Below are positions 47,708 through 57,538 of a stretch of DNA of 64,000 nucleotides, piece by piece. The notes under the pieces are model-generated. The model searched no databases and was not told where the DNA came from. It worked only from the letters and a program-made list of their open reading frames with translations. The DNA comes from Vicinamibacterales bacterium. GTDB taxonomy: Bacteria; Acidobacteriota; Vicinamibacteria; Vicinamibacterales; UBA8438. Both the position numbers and the translations under genes were made by a program. Position 1 is the first letter of the stretch, and each line of letters opens with the position of its first letter. The stretch spans positions 2,089,396 through 2,153,395 of the forward strand of contig OZ253457.1 of NCBI GenBank assembly GCA_965261285.1, given 5' to 3'.

Positions 47708-49348
47708 TCATGGAGCCCTTCGGTTCGGCTTCGCCGGCGACAGCAGCTCCCGCGCACTCTCCAACACGGTACCCGAGACCCGGGTCCCGGTCATCATCCT
47801 CGCGATCTCCGAGGCCCGCGACTCTCCGTCGAGCCTGTCCACCGAGGCCAGCGTCCGTCCGTCGCGGACCGACTTCGTGACCCGGTGATGGCTGGTGCCC
47901 CAGGCCGCGATCTGCGGCAGGTGCGTGATGCAGAGCACCTGGTAGCGCTCGGCCAGCCCGTGCAGCCTGGCCCCTATCCGTTCCGCCGCCTCCCCGCCGA
48001 CGCCCGCGTCGACCTCGTCGAAGACCAGCGTGCGGCCCGGCGCGTCGGTGGAGATCACCGTGCGCAGCGCCAGCATGACGCGGGAGAGCTCGCCGCCGGA
48101 AGCGATGCGCGCGAGCGGCCGGACGTCCTCTCCGGGATTGGCCGAGAAGTAGAACTCCACCCGGTCGACTCCCCGGTCCGTCCACGCCGCCTCTCCCTCC
48201 GCCTCGAGGAACACGACCTCGAACCGCGTGCGCTCCATCGCCAGCTCGCCCAGCCCGCCCTCGACGGCGCGGGCCAGCTCGCCCGCCGCCGCGCGGCGGC
48301 GCCCGGACAGCGTGCGGGCGAGGCCGGCGTAGCGTTCCCCGGCCGCCGACGCGACGCCCTCCAGCGATTCGAGGTCGCTCTCCCCTTCCATCTCCTCGCG
48401 TTCCCGCCGCAGCCCGTCGCGATGGGCGACGACGTCCGCGAGGGTCGGGCCGTAGCGCCGCTTGAGGCTCTCCAGCTTCGCCAGGCGCTCCTCGACCGCC
48501 GCGAGCTGCCCGGGCGACGCGTCGGCCCCGCCGGCGCGCGAGCGCAACGCGTACGCCAGCTCCTCGAGGTGGGGCCGCACCGTGTCCCTCGCCGCGAGGT
48601 GCGGCGCGAACTCGCCGTCGAAGCCCGCGAGCTCCTCCACCCGCCGCCACACCCGGTCGAGGACGTCCAGCGCGGCGCCGTCCCCGTCGTACAGCTCCGC
48701 GTAGCCTTCGGCCGCGAGCCGGTGGACCCGCTCGACGTTGGCGAGCAGCCGCCGCTCGGCGGCCAGCGTCTCGTCCTCGCCCTCCACGGGGTCGACCTCG
48801 TCGATGTCGCGAAGCCGCAGCGCCACGATCTCGGCGCGCTCGACCGCGGTGGCGGCGCGGGCGCGCGCCTGCTCGAGCCTCCGCCGGGCGTCCTGCCAGC
48901 CCGCGAAGGCGTCCCGCACCGAGCCGCGCAGCGGCCCGAGGTCGGCATGGCGATCGAGCAGATCGAGGTGGGTCGACGGATCGAGCAGCGCCTGATGCTC
49001 GTGCTGGCCATGGATGTCCAGCAACCGCGCGCCGACGGCTCGGAAGGCCGCGGTCGAGACGAGCCGGTCGTCGACGAAGGCCCGGCTCCGTCCCCGTGCC
49101 GACACCTCGCGGCGCAGCACGCGCTCGCCGCCGTCGGCGTCCTCCGCCATCGCCTCCACCACCGCCCGCTCGGCGCCGGTGCGCACCAGGCCCGACGATG
49201 CCCGCGCCCCCCGCAGCAGGCCCAGGGCGCCCACCAGGATCGACTTGCCGGCGCCGGTCTCGCCGGTCAGGATCGTGAAGCCGGCGTCCAGCTCGAGCTC
49301 CAGGCGATCGATGACCGCCATGTCTCGGATGCTGAGAAAGCGGATCAT
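47708..49348 (-). CDS. recN: DNA repair protein RecN
   Basis: MIRFLSIRDMAVIDRLELELDAGFTILTGETGAGKSILVGAL (Walker A), a long coiled-coil, then SGGELSRVMLAL and LVFDEVDAGVGG. Confidence 0.9.
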   Translation of the reverse strand: MIRFLSIRDMAVIDRLELELDAGFTILTGETGAGKSILVGALGLLRGARASSGLVRTGAERAVVEAMAEDADGGERVLRREVSARGRSRAFVDDRLVSTAAFRAVGARLLDIHGQHEHQALLDPSTHLDLLDRHADLGPLRGSVRDAFAGWQDARRRLEQARARAATAVERAEIVALRLRDIDEVDPVEGEDETLAAERRLLANVERVHRLAAEGYAELYDGDGAALDVLDRVWRRVEELAGFDGEFAPHLAARDTVRPHLEELAYALRSRAGGADASPGQLAAVEERLAKLESLKRRYGPTLADVVAHRDGLRREREEMEGESDLESLEGVASAAGERYAGLARTLSGRRRAAAGELARAVEGGLGELAMERTRFEVVFLEAEGEAAWTDRGVDRVEFYFSANPGEDVRPLARIASGGELSRVMLALRTVISTDAPGRTLVFDEVDAGVGGEAAERIGARLHGLAERYQVLCITHLPQIAAWGTSHHRVTKSVRDGRTLASVDRLDGESRASEIARMMTGTRVSGTVLESARELLSPAKPNRRAP

Positions 49349-49395
49349 GGTCCGGCAGGGTCCCGGGGGCCGGGAAGCGCCATCGTATCATAGGT

Positions 49396-49424
49396 TTGAC
49401 AGCGCCTCGCCACCGTGTTACCTT
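49396..49424 (+). promoter_or_regulatory. Possible promoter TTGACA-N17-TACCTT upstream of tolQ
   Basis: Perfect -35 (49396-49401) and a weak -10 (49419-49424) in the divergent recN/tolQ spacer. Confidence 0.3.
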
Positions 49425-49505
49425 GCTCTGTCGGCGCTTTCCCAGCGGCGCACATCGGTAGTTGACGGAGGGCTCGTGCGTGCTCTTGGTTGCTACGCCT
49501 TGGCC

Positions 49506-50219
49506 ATGCAACTGCAGGCCGATGGCGCGTCGTCTGCTGGGTTGAGTGGCGGCCTGCTCGACTGGATTGCCCAGTCGACGCCCCTCAACAAGTTCGTCCT
49601 TCTTCTTCTGCTCCTGTTCTCGGTCTATTCGTGGGGCATCGCCCTCCACAAGCTGTGGCTGTTCCCCCGGATAGAACGGCAGACATGGAGCTTTCTCGAC
49701 GTGTTTCGGCGCAGCACGAAGTTCTCCGAGGTGAACTCGGCGTGCCGCACGCTGAAGCACAGTCCGCTGGCCGGACTCTTCCAGGCCGGCTACGCCGAGC
49801 TCAACGCGCAGCTTCGCCAGGGCGACGGCGGGACCGGCGAGCGTCCCGTCCTGCGAAGCCTCGAGGCGGTCGACCGGGCGCTGCAGCGGGCCACGGTGGT
49901 CGAGACCAACAAGCTCGAGCACCGCGTCCACCTGCTGGCGACGACCGCCAGCATCACCCCGTTCATCGGGCTGTTCGGCACCGTGGTGGGCATCGTCAAC
50001 AGCTTCCAGGGCATCGCGGGGACCGGCTCCACGAGCCTGACGGTGGTGGCTCCCGGCATCGCCGAGGCGCTGGTGGCGACCGCCGCCGGCCTCGGGGCGG
50101 CGATTCCCGCCGTCTACTTCTACAACCACCTGACGAACAAGGTGCGCCTGTACCTGTCGATGATGGACGACTTCTCCCTGGAGTTCCTCAACATCTCGGA
50201 GAGGAACTTCATGCAATAG
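49506..50219 (+). CDS. tolQ: Tol-Pal system proton channel TolQ (MotA/TolQ/ExbB family)
   Basis: FVLLLLLLFSVYSWGIAL..., ITPFIGLFGTVVGIVNSF, APGIAEALVATAAGLGAAIPAVYFYN. It heads a tolR-tolA-tolB-pal-cpoB series. Confidence 0.85.
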   Translation: MQLQADGASSAGLSGGLLDWIAQSTPLNKFVLLLLLLFSVYSWGIALHKLWLFPRIERQTWSFLDVFRRSTKFSEVNSACRTLKHSPLAGLFQAGYAELNAQLRQGDGGTGERPVLRSLEAVDRALQRATVVETNKLEHRVHLLATTASITPFIGLFGTVVGIVNSFQGIAGTGSTSLTVVAPGIAEALVATAAGLGAAIPAVYFYNHLTNKVRLYLSMMDDFSLEFLNISERNFMQ

Positions 50220-50378
50220 TCTGCGCCGTGGTAACGGCGCGGACTGCTGGAGGGTTGGTTGGGCGCCCGGCGGAGCCGCAGGCGACGGCGGGCGGGCGAG
50301 TAGTCGCCGTGGAACGGCGCGGACTGCTGGAGGGTTGGTTGGGCGCCCGGCGGAGCAGCAGGCGACGATTGGCGGGCC
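50218..50378 (+). repeat. Two tandem ~81-bp copies of the REP-like element in the tolQ-tolR spacer
   Basis: AGTCTGCGCCG-TGGTAA-CGGCGCGGACT (50218-50245, overlapping the tolQ TAG), then GCTGGAGGGTTGGTTGGGCGCCCGGCGGAGC.GCAGGCGACG. The unit is repeated from ~50299. Confidence 0.8.
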
Positions 50379-50414
50379 AGCCGCCCGCGAGCGCAGGTCA
50401 GGCGTCATAAGGAC

Positions 50415-50882
50415 ATGCCCACGATTCACGGCAACGGTGCGGGCGGCCCCTCCGGCGGCCGGCGGCGGGGACGCCCGCGGGCCGCGACGTCGCTGTCGGA
50501 GATCAACGTGGTGCCGCTCGTGGACGTCATGCTCGTGCTGCTGATCATCTTCATGGTGGCGGCGCCGATGATGCAGCGCGGCATGGACGTGAGCCTCCCG
50601 GTGTCGCGGCGCTCCGATCAGCTCGTCGCCGAACGGCTGTTCGTGACGATCGGGTTGACGTTCCGCGAGGATCGCATCGTGCAGGTGGGGGAAGACCTGG
50701 TCCGGCTCGAGGTTCTCGCGGAGCGCATGCGGCAGGAGCTGGACGCGAGCGCCGCGCGGGAGGTCTTCGTCCGGGGCGACGGAGACATCACGTATCGGGA
50801 GCTGGTGTCGGTCATCGACGAGCTCAAGGCGGGCGGCGTCTCCGACGTCGGGCTCGTGACCGCGCTGCCGACCGAGCCGTGA
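50415..50882 (+). CDS. tolR: TolR (ExbD/TolR family)
   Basis: EINVVPLVDVMLVLLIIFMVAAPMM...VSLP, then a periplasmic domain. Confidence 0.85.
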   Translation: MPTIHGNGAGGPSGGRRRGRPRAATSLSEINVVPLVDVMLVLLIIFMVAAPMMQRGMDVSLPVSRRSDQLVAERLFVTIGLTFREDRIVQVGEDLVRLEVLAERMRQELDASAAREVFVRGDGDITYRELVSVIDELKAGGVSDVGLVTALPTEP

Positions 50883-50903
50883 CCGACGCGTACAGGCGAC
50901 AGC

Positions 50904-50985
50904 AGTCTGCGCCGTGGAACGGTGCAGGCTCCCGGCAGGGTCGGTTGGGCGCCGAGCGGCGCCGAAAGGGACGATTGGCGGGCTA
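50904..50985 (+). repeat. Third, more diverged copy of the ~80-bp REP-like element (tolR-tolA spacer)
   Basis: AGTCTGCGCCG-TGGAA-CGGTGCAGGCT...GGTCGGTTGGGCGCCGAGCGGCGCCGAAAGGGACGATTGGCGGGCTAGC aligns with 50299-50378. Confidence 0.7.
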
Positions 50986-50987
50986 GC

Positions 50988-51776
50988 ATGCAGTCCATCA
51001 CCGACGTGGTTCGCCAGCGCCGGGCCGGCGGGGACGGCCTCGGCCGCACCTGCGCGATCTCGCTGGCCGGCCACGGCGCCCTCCTGGCCGTGCTCGTCGT
51101 GTTCCCGTCGGCCTTCGTCGCCGACCTCGGGACCGAGCTGTCGGCCGACGTCATGAACATCAGCCTCGGGGGCCCGGCCGGGCCCAGCACCGGGGGGCAG
51201 ACGGCGCTCGCGGCGCGCCCCGTGCAGGAGGTGCTGCCGCTCGAGGAGGCGAACCGCCCCCAGTGGATTCAGCCCCCCACCCCCGCCCCGCCGGAGGTGA
51301 TCCTGCCCGACGAGGACGCCGCCCGCCGGGTCGAGGAGGACGTGCCGCCGGAGACGGCGCCGGAAGAGTCGCGGGGCCGGACGCCGACCCGGGGGCCGGC
51401 GCTGCGCGAAGGCAGCGCCCTCGCGGACACCGGCGCCGAGGGGGGCGGCGTGGGACTCTCCGCCGGCGGGCTCGGCGACGGCGGAGAGCTCGAGCTCCTG
51501 AACTTCTGCTGTCCGGAGTACATCGCGGTCATGACGGAGCGGATCCGCAACAACTGGAACCGCCGTCAACCCGTGACCGGCGTGGTGACCATCAGGTTCA
51601 CGATTCAGCGTGACGGCCGCATCACGGACGTCGAGCGGGAGACCAGCAGCGGTCACTTCGCCCTCGATACGAGCGCCGAGCGCGCCGTGCTCCTGACGAG
51701 GCAGTTGCCGTACCTGCCGCCGGCGTTCCCCGCCGACCGCCTGACCGTTCATCTGGATTTTCAGTACAGACGCTGA
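50988..51776 (+). CDS. TolA-like / TonB C-terminal domain energy transducer
   Basis: A TM anchor (AISLAGHGALLAVLVVF), a Pro-rich spacer, then a TonB_C-like end (VVTIRFTIQRDGRITDVERETSSGHFALDTSAERAV). Its position between tolR and tolB supports the call. Confidence 0.7.
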   Translation: MQSITDVVRQRRAGGDGLGRTCAISLAGHGALLAVLVVFPSAFVADLGTELSADVMNISLGGPAGPSTGGQTALAARPVQEVLPLEEANRPQWIQPPTPAPPEVILPDEDAARRVEEDVPPETAPEESRGRTPTRGPALREGSALADTGAEGGGVGLSAGGLGDGGELELLNFCCPEYIAVMTERIRNNWNRRQPVTGVVTIRFTIQRDGRITDVERETSSGHFALDTSAERAVLLTRQLPYLPPAFPADRLTVHLDFQYRR

Positions 51777-51788
51777 GGAGCATCATCG

Positions 51789-53150
51789 ATGGCCCGTATT
51801 TCCCGCCGTTCCGCCCTGTTCACGCTGGCCGCCCCCCTGCTGCCGGCGCCGGCCGGCGCGGGCGGGAGGCCGGTGCAGCAGGACACGGTCAGGGTCACCA
51901 TCGGGGACAGCATCGGATCCCAGCCGAGCATCGCCGTGCCCGACTGCCTGCCGCTGACTCCCGACCAGACGACGCAGGAGGCGAGCCGCACCATCGCCCA
52001 GGTGCTCTGGGACGATCTGGACTTCGAGCGCGAGTTCAGGATGATTCCCCGCGACGTCTACCGCACGATTCCGGCGGCGACGTCCCTGGTCGATCTGCCC
52101 TTCGACCGATGGCGGGAGATCGGCGCCGACGGCGTGGTGAGCTGCACCGTCGAGGCCCGCGGCGACCGCCAGCTCGAGATAGCGGCCCGGTTGTTCTCGG
52201 TCCGCGACGGCGGGTCGGCGTTCGGGGTCATCTACACCGGCTCCACCCGCAACGTCCGTCTCTACGCCCACCAGCTCGCGGACGAGATCCACCGCCACCA
52301 GCGCGGTCTCGAAGGCGTGGCCCGCACGCGGCTCGCGTTCGTCTCCGACCGCGACAGCGAGTCGGCGTTCGGGCTGGTCGAGAACCGGCCGGTCAAGGAG
52401 ATCTACATCGCCGACTACGACGGGGCCAACCCGCGGCGGGTCACCGTGTCCCGCACCCTCAACACCAACCCCGCGTGGTCCCCCGACGGCCGGTCCATCG
52501 CGTACACGTCGTGGCTGAGCGGGTTCGCCGACGTGCTGGTGTCGCACCTGTTCGAGGGCCGCATGGCGACGCCGATCGAAGGCGACAGCCGGCGCCAGAA
52601 CTTCCTGCCCGCCTTCTCTCCGGACGGCCGGCGCGTCGCCTTCAACTCGAACCGCGACGACAGCAGCGACATCTACGTCGCCAACGTCGACGGCACCGGG
52701 CTTCTGCGGCTGACGAACCACCCCGCCATCGACACGAGCCCCACGTGGTCGCCCAACAGCCAGCAGATCGCGTTCACGTCCGACCGCACCGGGGCCCCGC
52801 AGATCTACGTGGTCGGCGCCGACGGCACCGGCCTGCGGCGGCTGACCTACGAGAGCTACTGCGACCGGCCGACGTGGTCGCCGCCGCCGTTCAACGAGAT
52901 CGCCTACTCGTCGCGGACCGGCCTGGGACACGACATCAAGGTGCTGGATCTGGCCACGAACGAGGTCCGCCAACTGACGTTCGGGCTCGGCTCGAACGAG
53001 AGTCCGAGCTATGCACCCAACGGTCGCCACATCGCGTTCATGTCGACGCGCAACGAGACGAAGCAGATCTACACGATAGGCCGGGACGGCCGGGGGTTGC
53101 GCCGGGTGACGTCGGTCGGCAACAACGAGATGCCGAGCTGGTCGCGGTAA
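51789..53150 (+). CDS. tolB: Tol-Pal system beta-propeller protein TolB
   Basis: TolB N-domain followed by repeated WSPDGR..IA(F/Y)(T/N)S propeller blades (NPAWSPDGRSIAYTS, PAFSPDGRRVAFNS, PTWSPNSQQIAFTS, PSYAPNGRHIAFMS). Confidence 0.9.
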   Translation: MARISRRSALFTLAAPLLPAPAGAGGRPVQQDTVRVTIGDSIGSQPSIAVPDCLPLTPDQTTQEASRTIAQVLWDDLDFEREFRMIPRDVYRTIPAATSLVDLPFDRWREIGADGVVSCTVEARGDRQLEIAARLFSVRDGGSAFGVIYTGSTRNVRLYAHQLADEIHRHQRGLEGVARTRLAFVSDRDSESAFGLVENRPVKEIYIADYDGANPRRVTVSRTLNTNPAWSPDGRSIAYTSWLSGFADVLVSHLFEGRMATPIEGDSRRQNFLPAFSPDGRRVAFNSNRDDSSDIYVANVDGTGLLRLTNHPAIDTSPTWSPNSQQIAFTSDRTGAPQIYVVGADGTGLRRLTYESYCDRPTWSPPPFNEIAYSSRTGLGHDIKVLDLATNEVRQLTFGLGSNESPSYAPNGRHIAFMSTRNETKQIYTIGRDGRGLRRVTSVGNNEMPSWSR

Positions 53151-53205
53151 CTCGCGGGGCCCGCGGGCAACCCGGGTTGCCGGGTGCAGGGAGAGTCGGA
53201 GATAC

Positions 53206-53823
53206 ATGGAGGCACTGGCGAAGATGCACGATCGAGGACACGGTTCACGGCTCGTCGCACTCGCGGCGCTCGCAGCGGCGGCGTGCCTGCAGGCCGCATG
53301 CTCCGACAACCCGCCGCCGGCGTTGCCCGAACCGGCGATGGAACGGACGGTGATCGAGGATCCTCCCGAGATCGTCGCCTCCAGCCCGGCGCCGGAGACC
53401 CTCGCCCCGCCGCCGGCGGCGGCGACCCCGGCCTTGACGCCCGACGAGGAGATCGCCGCCCGGTCGCTCGAGGAGCTCAATCGCTCGCTGCTGCTCGAGC
53501 CGGTGTTCTTCGTGCTGGACGGCGCCGAGCTCGACGAGCGGGGCCGGCAGGTGGTGGAGGCCAACGCGGACATGCTCGCGCGCTTCCCCACCTGGACCGT
53601 GACCATCGAAGGGCACTGCGACGAACGCGGCACGCCCGAGTACAACCTCGCGCTCGGCGAGCGGCGGGCCCTGGCCGCCCAGCGCTACCTGCTGGAGCTC
53701 GGACTGGACGCGGGCCGCGTCCGGACGGTCAGCTACGGCAAGGAGTTTCCGTTCGATCCCGGGAACGACGAGACGGCGTGGGCCGCCAACCGGCGGGCGC
53801 ATTTCGTGATCACGGCGAAGTAG
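53206..53823 (+). CDS. pal: Peptidoglycan-associated lipoprotein Pal (OmpA family)
   Basis: Lipobox-like LAAAACLQAC. OmpA_C core VFFVLDGAELD..., IEGHCDERGTPEYNLALGERRA, ANRRAHFVI. Confidence 0.9.
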   Translation: MEALAKMHDRGHGSRLVALAALAAAACLQAACSDNPPPALPEPAMERTVIEDPPEIVASSPAPETLAPPPAAATPALTPDEEIAARSLEELNRSLLLEPVFFVLDGAELDERGRQVVEANADMLARFPTWTVTIEGHCDERGTPEYNLALGERRALAAQRYLLELGLDAGRVRTVSYGKEFPFDPGNDETAWAANRRAHFVITAK

Positions 53824-53948
53824 GCGCGGAGGCGCCCGGGCTGGCGGATTGGCCGCGGCCGGGCTACCATAGGGCGGATCGCTCGTGCCGGCGCCCGGTC
53901 TCGGGCGCCCCCGGTTTCCATCCCCCGTTTCGGCGCAGAGGTAATGTC

Positions 53949-54773
53949 ATGAGAGGGCTTCCCTTCAGGTTCGCGCTCGGATTCCTCGTGGCCGCCCTGA
54001 CCGTCGTTCCCGCCCGGGGCCAGAACCGCGAGCACCAGCAGATCGCGGCCGATATCCGCATGTTGCAGGAGCAGAACGCGCGGCTGCAGTTGACGTTCAC
54101 GGCGCTGGAGCAGACTTTGCAGGCTATCCTGACGCGGCTCGACGCGCAGGGCGACGAGGTTCGCCGCGGGTTCGCGAATCAGCAGCTTCAGATCGACAGC
54201 GTGGCAACCGGGGTGCGGGTGGTGCGGGAGAAGATCGACGAAAACAACGTGCGGGTCTCCTCCCTCGCCCAGGAGGTCGAGGCGCTGCGCATGGCCATGC
54301 CGATGCTGGGAGCGCCCCTGACCGACCTCGAGGTCGATCCGGAGACGGGCCTGCCGGTGAACCCGGCGGTCGCGTCCTCGCTGCCCGCCAACGCGGGGAT
54401 CTCGCCGAAGCGGCTCTACGACACCGCGTACACGGACTACACGACGGGCCAGTGGGCGCTGTCGCGCCAGGGGTTCGAGCAGTTCATCATCACGTTCCCC
54501 CGGTCCGAGCTGGCCGATGACGCCCTGTTCTTCATCGGGCAGAACTACTACGCGGACGGGATGTTCCTGGAGGCGGCCGACACCTACGAGCAGGTCTCCG
54601 TGCGCTATCCCGCCGGCGACGTGGTGGCCGAGGCGCTCTACAAGCGCGGCCTCGCCCTGGAGCGCCTCGACCAGATCGACCTGGCGCGGGAGACCTTCCA
54701 GACCGTGGTGCGGGAGCATCCCGACGACAACATGGCGAATCTGGCGCAGCAGGCGCTCGATCGCCTGGACTGA
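53949..54773 (+). CDS. cpoB: Tol-Pal system protein CpoB/YbgF (coiled-coil + TPR)
   Basis: Signal peptide, a coiled-coil ([23 protein letters not shown]...), then TPR repeats ([25 protein letters not shown]...[10 protein letters not shown]...[12 protein letters not shown]). Confidence 0.8.
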   Translation: MRGLPFRFALGFLVAALTVVPARGQNREHQQIAADIRMLQEQNARLQLTFTALEQTLQAILTRLDAQGDEVRRGFANQQLQIDSVATGVRVVREKIDENNVRVSSLAQEVEALRMAMPMLGAPLTDLEVDPETGLPVNPAVASSLPANAGISPKRLYDTAYTDYTTGQWALSRQGFEQFIITFPRSELADDALFFIGQNYYADGMFLEAADTYEQVSVRYPAGDVVAEALYKRGLALERLDQIDLARETFQTVVREHPDDNMANLAQQALDRLD

Positions 54774-54778
54774 GAGCT

Positions 54779-55210
54779 ATGGGAAGCGTCAACAAGGTCT
54801 TTCTCGTCGGCAACCTCGGCCGGGACGCCGAGCAGCGGCATACCGCCGCCGGCCGCGCCGTCAGCAACTTCACTCTCGCCACCACCGACACGTGGACCGA
54901 CAAGACGTCGGGGCAGCGGCAGGAACGCACCGAATGGCACCGGATCGTGGTCTGGGGCCGGCAGGCGGAGTCGTTGCAGCCCTACCTGACCAAGGGCAAG
55001 CAGATCTGCGTCGAGGGACGGCTTCAGACCCGGGAGTGGAACGATCGGGACGGCAACAAGCGCTACACCACCGAGGTCCAGGCCGACCGCATCACGCTGC
55101 TCGGCAGTCGCGGCGGCGGCGGAGAACGCCAGGACATGGGGGCAGACCGCGGACAGGACGCGCCCGCCGGAGGCGGAGCGGAGCTGACCGACGACGACAT
55201 CCCGTTCTGA
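54779..55210 (+). CDS. ssb: Single-stranded DNA-binding protein
   Basis: [15 protein letters not shown]...[14 protein letters not shown]...[11 protein letters not shown], a Gly-rich linker, and the acidic tail DDDIPF. Confidence 0.95.
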   Translation: MGSVNKVFLVGNLGRDAEQRHTAAGRAVSNFTLATTDTWTDKTSGQRQERTEWHRIVVWGRQAESLQPYLTKGKQICVEGRLQTREWNDRDGNKRYTTEVQADRITLLGSRGGGGERQDMGADRGQDAPAGGGAELTDDDIPF

Positions 55211-55341
55211 TCAGCCGGCCGGGAGCGTTCTGCGCCGCCGTTCCCGAACCTCGCCCGCCAGTCGGGTCGCACCGGGAGAGGGATGCTGTCGTCGTCGCTT
55301 CACCGCGCCTTTGCGGCTGACCCACATGCGAGAGACCGCCA

Positions 55342-55563
55342 ATGCCAAGCACTGACGCGAAGTGGATCATCGGCGTCATCCTCGTGCTCGGGGGCATCCT
55401 GATCGCGCAGAACGTCGGCATCCGGAACGACATCACCGACATCCGCACCGACATGCGGCGCCTCGACGACCGCCTCCGTGCGGTCGAAATCGCCCTCGGC
55501 AAGGTCGACCAACGGCTGGCCACGCTCGAACGCATCATCCTGCCCGGCGCTCAGCCGGATTGA
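55342..55563 (+). CDS. Hypothetical small membrane/coiled-coil protein
   Basis: One TM segment (WIIGVILVLGGILIAQNV) followed by heptad-like DITDIRTDMRRLDDRLRAVEIALGKVDQRLATLE. No family recognised. Confidence 0.4.
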   Translation: MPSTDAKWIIGVILVLGGILIAQNVGIRNDITDIRTDMRRLDDRLRAVEIALGKVDQRLATLERIILPGAQPD

Positions 55564-55946
55564 CGACGTTCGGGGTCCGAACCCCTTGCGGCAGGCTTCG
55601 CGCCGCCGGCCACGCCGCGGCCGTAGCGGTCCTCGAGGCGGACGACATCGTCGAGCTCGGGGGTCGACACCTCGAAGATGTCGGTGGGCTCGAGGGCCGT
55701 CATGCGGTGCACGGTGCCCGGCGCGATGTGAACGCTCTCTCCCGGCCCCATCTCGCGGGCCACCCGGGAGTCGCCCTGCCCCGTCTCGAACCGGATGCGT
55801 CCGCTCCAGACCAGGATGGTCTCGTCCTTCACCCGGTGGTACTGCAGGCTGAGGGCGTGTCCGGCGTCGACGTGGATGATCTTCCCGACGTAGCGCTCGG
55901 TCTTCGCCCAGTGCAGCTCGTAGCCCCACGGCTTGTCCACTCTCAT
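55551..55946 (-). CDS. Cupin domain protein (type II mannose-6-phosphate isomerase C-terminal-like)
   Basis: KPWGYELHWAKTERYVGKIIHV.AGHALSLQYHRVKDETILVWSG...VHIAPGTVHR is the cupin two-motif pattern. Confidence 0.7.
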   Translation of the reverse strand: MRVDKPWGYELHWAKTERYVGKIIHVDAGHALSLQYHRVKDETILVWSGRIRFETGQGDSRVAREMGPGESVHIAPGTVHRMTALEPTDIFEVSTPELDDVVRLEDRYGRGVAGGAKPAARGSDPERRQSG

Positions 55947-56893
55947 CCGACGCCCTCCCCGTCATCGCCGCGTCCCGCTCCCACGTCCCGGTGACGTACG
56001 CGCCATCGGACCCCGTCGACCGCCGACAGCCTTGCCTCGAGCTGCTCGACGATCACGACGGAGCGGTGACGTCCGCCGGTGCACCCCACGCCGATGGTCA
56101 GGTAGCTCTTGCCCTCGTGGATGTACCTGGGAAGCAGGAACTCGAGCAGATCGGCGGTCTTCTCCAGGAACGGCCCGGCCGTGTCGGTCGCGCACACGTA
56201 GTCGCGGACCCCCGGGTCGAGGCCGCTCAGCCCCTTCAGGTCCGGAACGAAGTACGGATTCGGCAGGAAGCGGACATCGAAGAGCAGGTCCGATTCGGGA
56301 GGCACCCCGTGCTTGTAGCCGAAGCTGAGCAGGGTCGCCGTCAACCGCGCCCGGCCGTCCCTCCCCTCCGCGAGCTCGCCGAACGCCCGGCGCAGCTCGT
56401 GCACCGTGAGGTCGGAGGTGTCGAGCACCAGGTCCGACATCTCCCTTATCGGGCCGAGCCGCGTCCGCTCGGTCAGGATGCCCTCGATCACCGACCCCGC
56501 CGGCGCCAGCGGGTGCGGCCGGCGGGTCTCGCTGAAGCGCCGCAGCAGGGCGGCGTCGGAAGCCTCGAGAAAGATGAGCCAGGTCTGCAGGCGGCCTCGC
56601 GCGCGGAGCGCCGCGAAGACGTCGGCGAAGCGATCGGGAAACGACCGGTCCCGTGCGTCCACGACGACGGCGATGGCGTCACGGCGCGCGCCTTCCCCGG
56701 GATCGAGGTCGGCCAGCGTCGGGATCAACACCGTCGGCAGGTTGTCGACGCACAGGTAGCCGAGGTCTTCCAGGGCCCGGATCGCCGCGGACTTCCCGGC
56801 CCCCGACAGACCCGTGACGACGACGAAGCGGGTCGCCGGGCCGGCGCCCGCCGGGTGCTCTTCGCCTGCCGACCCGCGATGAGTATCGGCCAT
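55943..56893 (-). CDS. rapZ: RNase adapter protein RapZ (YhbJ, P-loop NTPase)
   Basis: VVVTGLSGAGKSAAIRALEDLGYLCVDNLP, IAVVVDARD, and IGVGCTGGRHRSVVIVEQL. The start may be 56893 or 56923. Confidence 0.9.
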   Translation of the reverse strand: MADTHRGSAGEEHPAGAGPATRFVVVTGLSGAGKSAAIRALEDLGYLCVDNLPTVLIPTLADLDPGEGARRDAIAVVVDARDRSFPDRFADVFAALRARGRLQTWLIFLEASDAALLRRFSETRRPHPLAPAGSVIEGILTERTRLGPIREMSDLVLDTSDLTVHELRRAFGELAEGRDGRARLTATLLSFGYKHGVPPESDLLFDVRFLPNPYFVPDLKGLSGLDPGVRDYVCATDTAGPFLEKTADLLEFLLPRYIHEGKSYLTIGVGCTGGRHRSVVIVEQLEARLSAVDGVRWRVRHRDVGAGRGDDGEGVG

Positions 56894-57057
56894 ACCGCTC
56901 CCCCGCCGCGCCGGCGCATCCATCGGCCGGCCGGCAGAGGCGCGCCCGCCATCCGCCGGAACGCGGCCCGTTCACCGGAGCGACGCGGCTCGTCGGCCCC
57001 GATCGAGGCCGCCCGCGGACACCCTGGACCCGCCTGTGGCAGATCACCTTCGGCGGC

Positions 57058-57423
57058 TCAACCGATGCTCGTCGTGTCGTCCATCTCCGCATCCGGGGTC
57101 GTGGTTTCGGACGCCGGCACGGCGTGACGCCGGCGGTCCTGCCACTTGCCCTTCAGGGTGTGGGCCTGGTGGCTGACCTTGTCCACGGCGGCGCCGACCG
57201 CCGCCTGCCAGTTCGGCGCCTCCGCGACGCCGTGCAGCCGGTGATCGCCCCGCGCATGGACGATCAGCTCGGACACGCACAGGTGGCGGGCCGACGACAA
57301 CACCACCTCGGCGGACACCAGGGCGTCGCCGAGCACCCGGTCGAGAGGCAGCAGCCGCTTGTCGATGAGATCGCGCAGCTCGTCGTTCACCGGGACGTTC
57401 CGGGCCGTCAACGTGAATTGCAT
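57058..57423 (-). CDS. hpf: Ribosome hibernation promoting factor / sigma-54 modulation protein
   Basis: MQFTLTARNVPVNDELRDLIDKRLLPLDR...A.....AAVGAAVDKVSHQAHTLKGK is HPF/YfiA-like. It lies directly downstream of rpoN. Confidence 0.85.
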   Translation of the reverse strand: MQFTLTARNVPVNDELRDLIDKRLLPLDRVLGDALVSAEVVLSSARHLCVSELIVHARGDHRLHGVAEAPNWQAAVGAAVDKVSHQAHTLKGKWQDRRRHAVPASETTTPDAEMDDTTSIG

Positions 57424-57538
57424 TTGCGTCAGTGTCCTGTAGATCTGCAAACGGTCGATTCGAGCAACGGCCTCCTGCCGCCCGCGACGGTACGGTGCTC
57501 CGGCCCCGGCCGGCACCCGGCGGCGGCAGGGCGTGGGG

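Noticed and set aside
49349-49505. A LexA/SOS box upstream of recN.
   Set aside because: I found no CTGT-N8-ACAG, GAAC-N4-GTTC or GTTC-N7-GTTC type palindrome in the recN-tolQ spacer. The lineage-specific LexA motif is unknown to me.
46359-51752. Very long ORFs on the strand opposite to, or out of frame with, recognisable genes. Examples: 46359..51752 (1797 aa), 7763..10801, 22040..24559, 28817..31759, 39292..42120, 57533..60511 and 59781..62726.
   Set aside because: Their translations are Arg/Pro/Gly/Ala-dominated low complexity with no motifs. They overlap genes with strong family signatures. Stop codons are rare in any frame of DNA this GC-rich, so length alone is not evidence.
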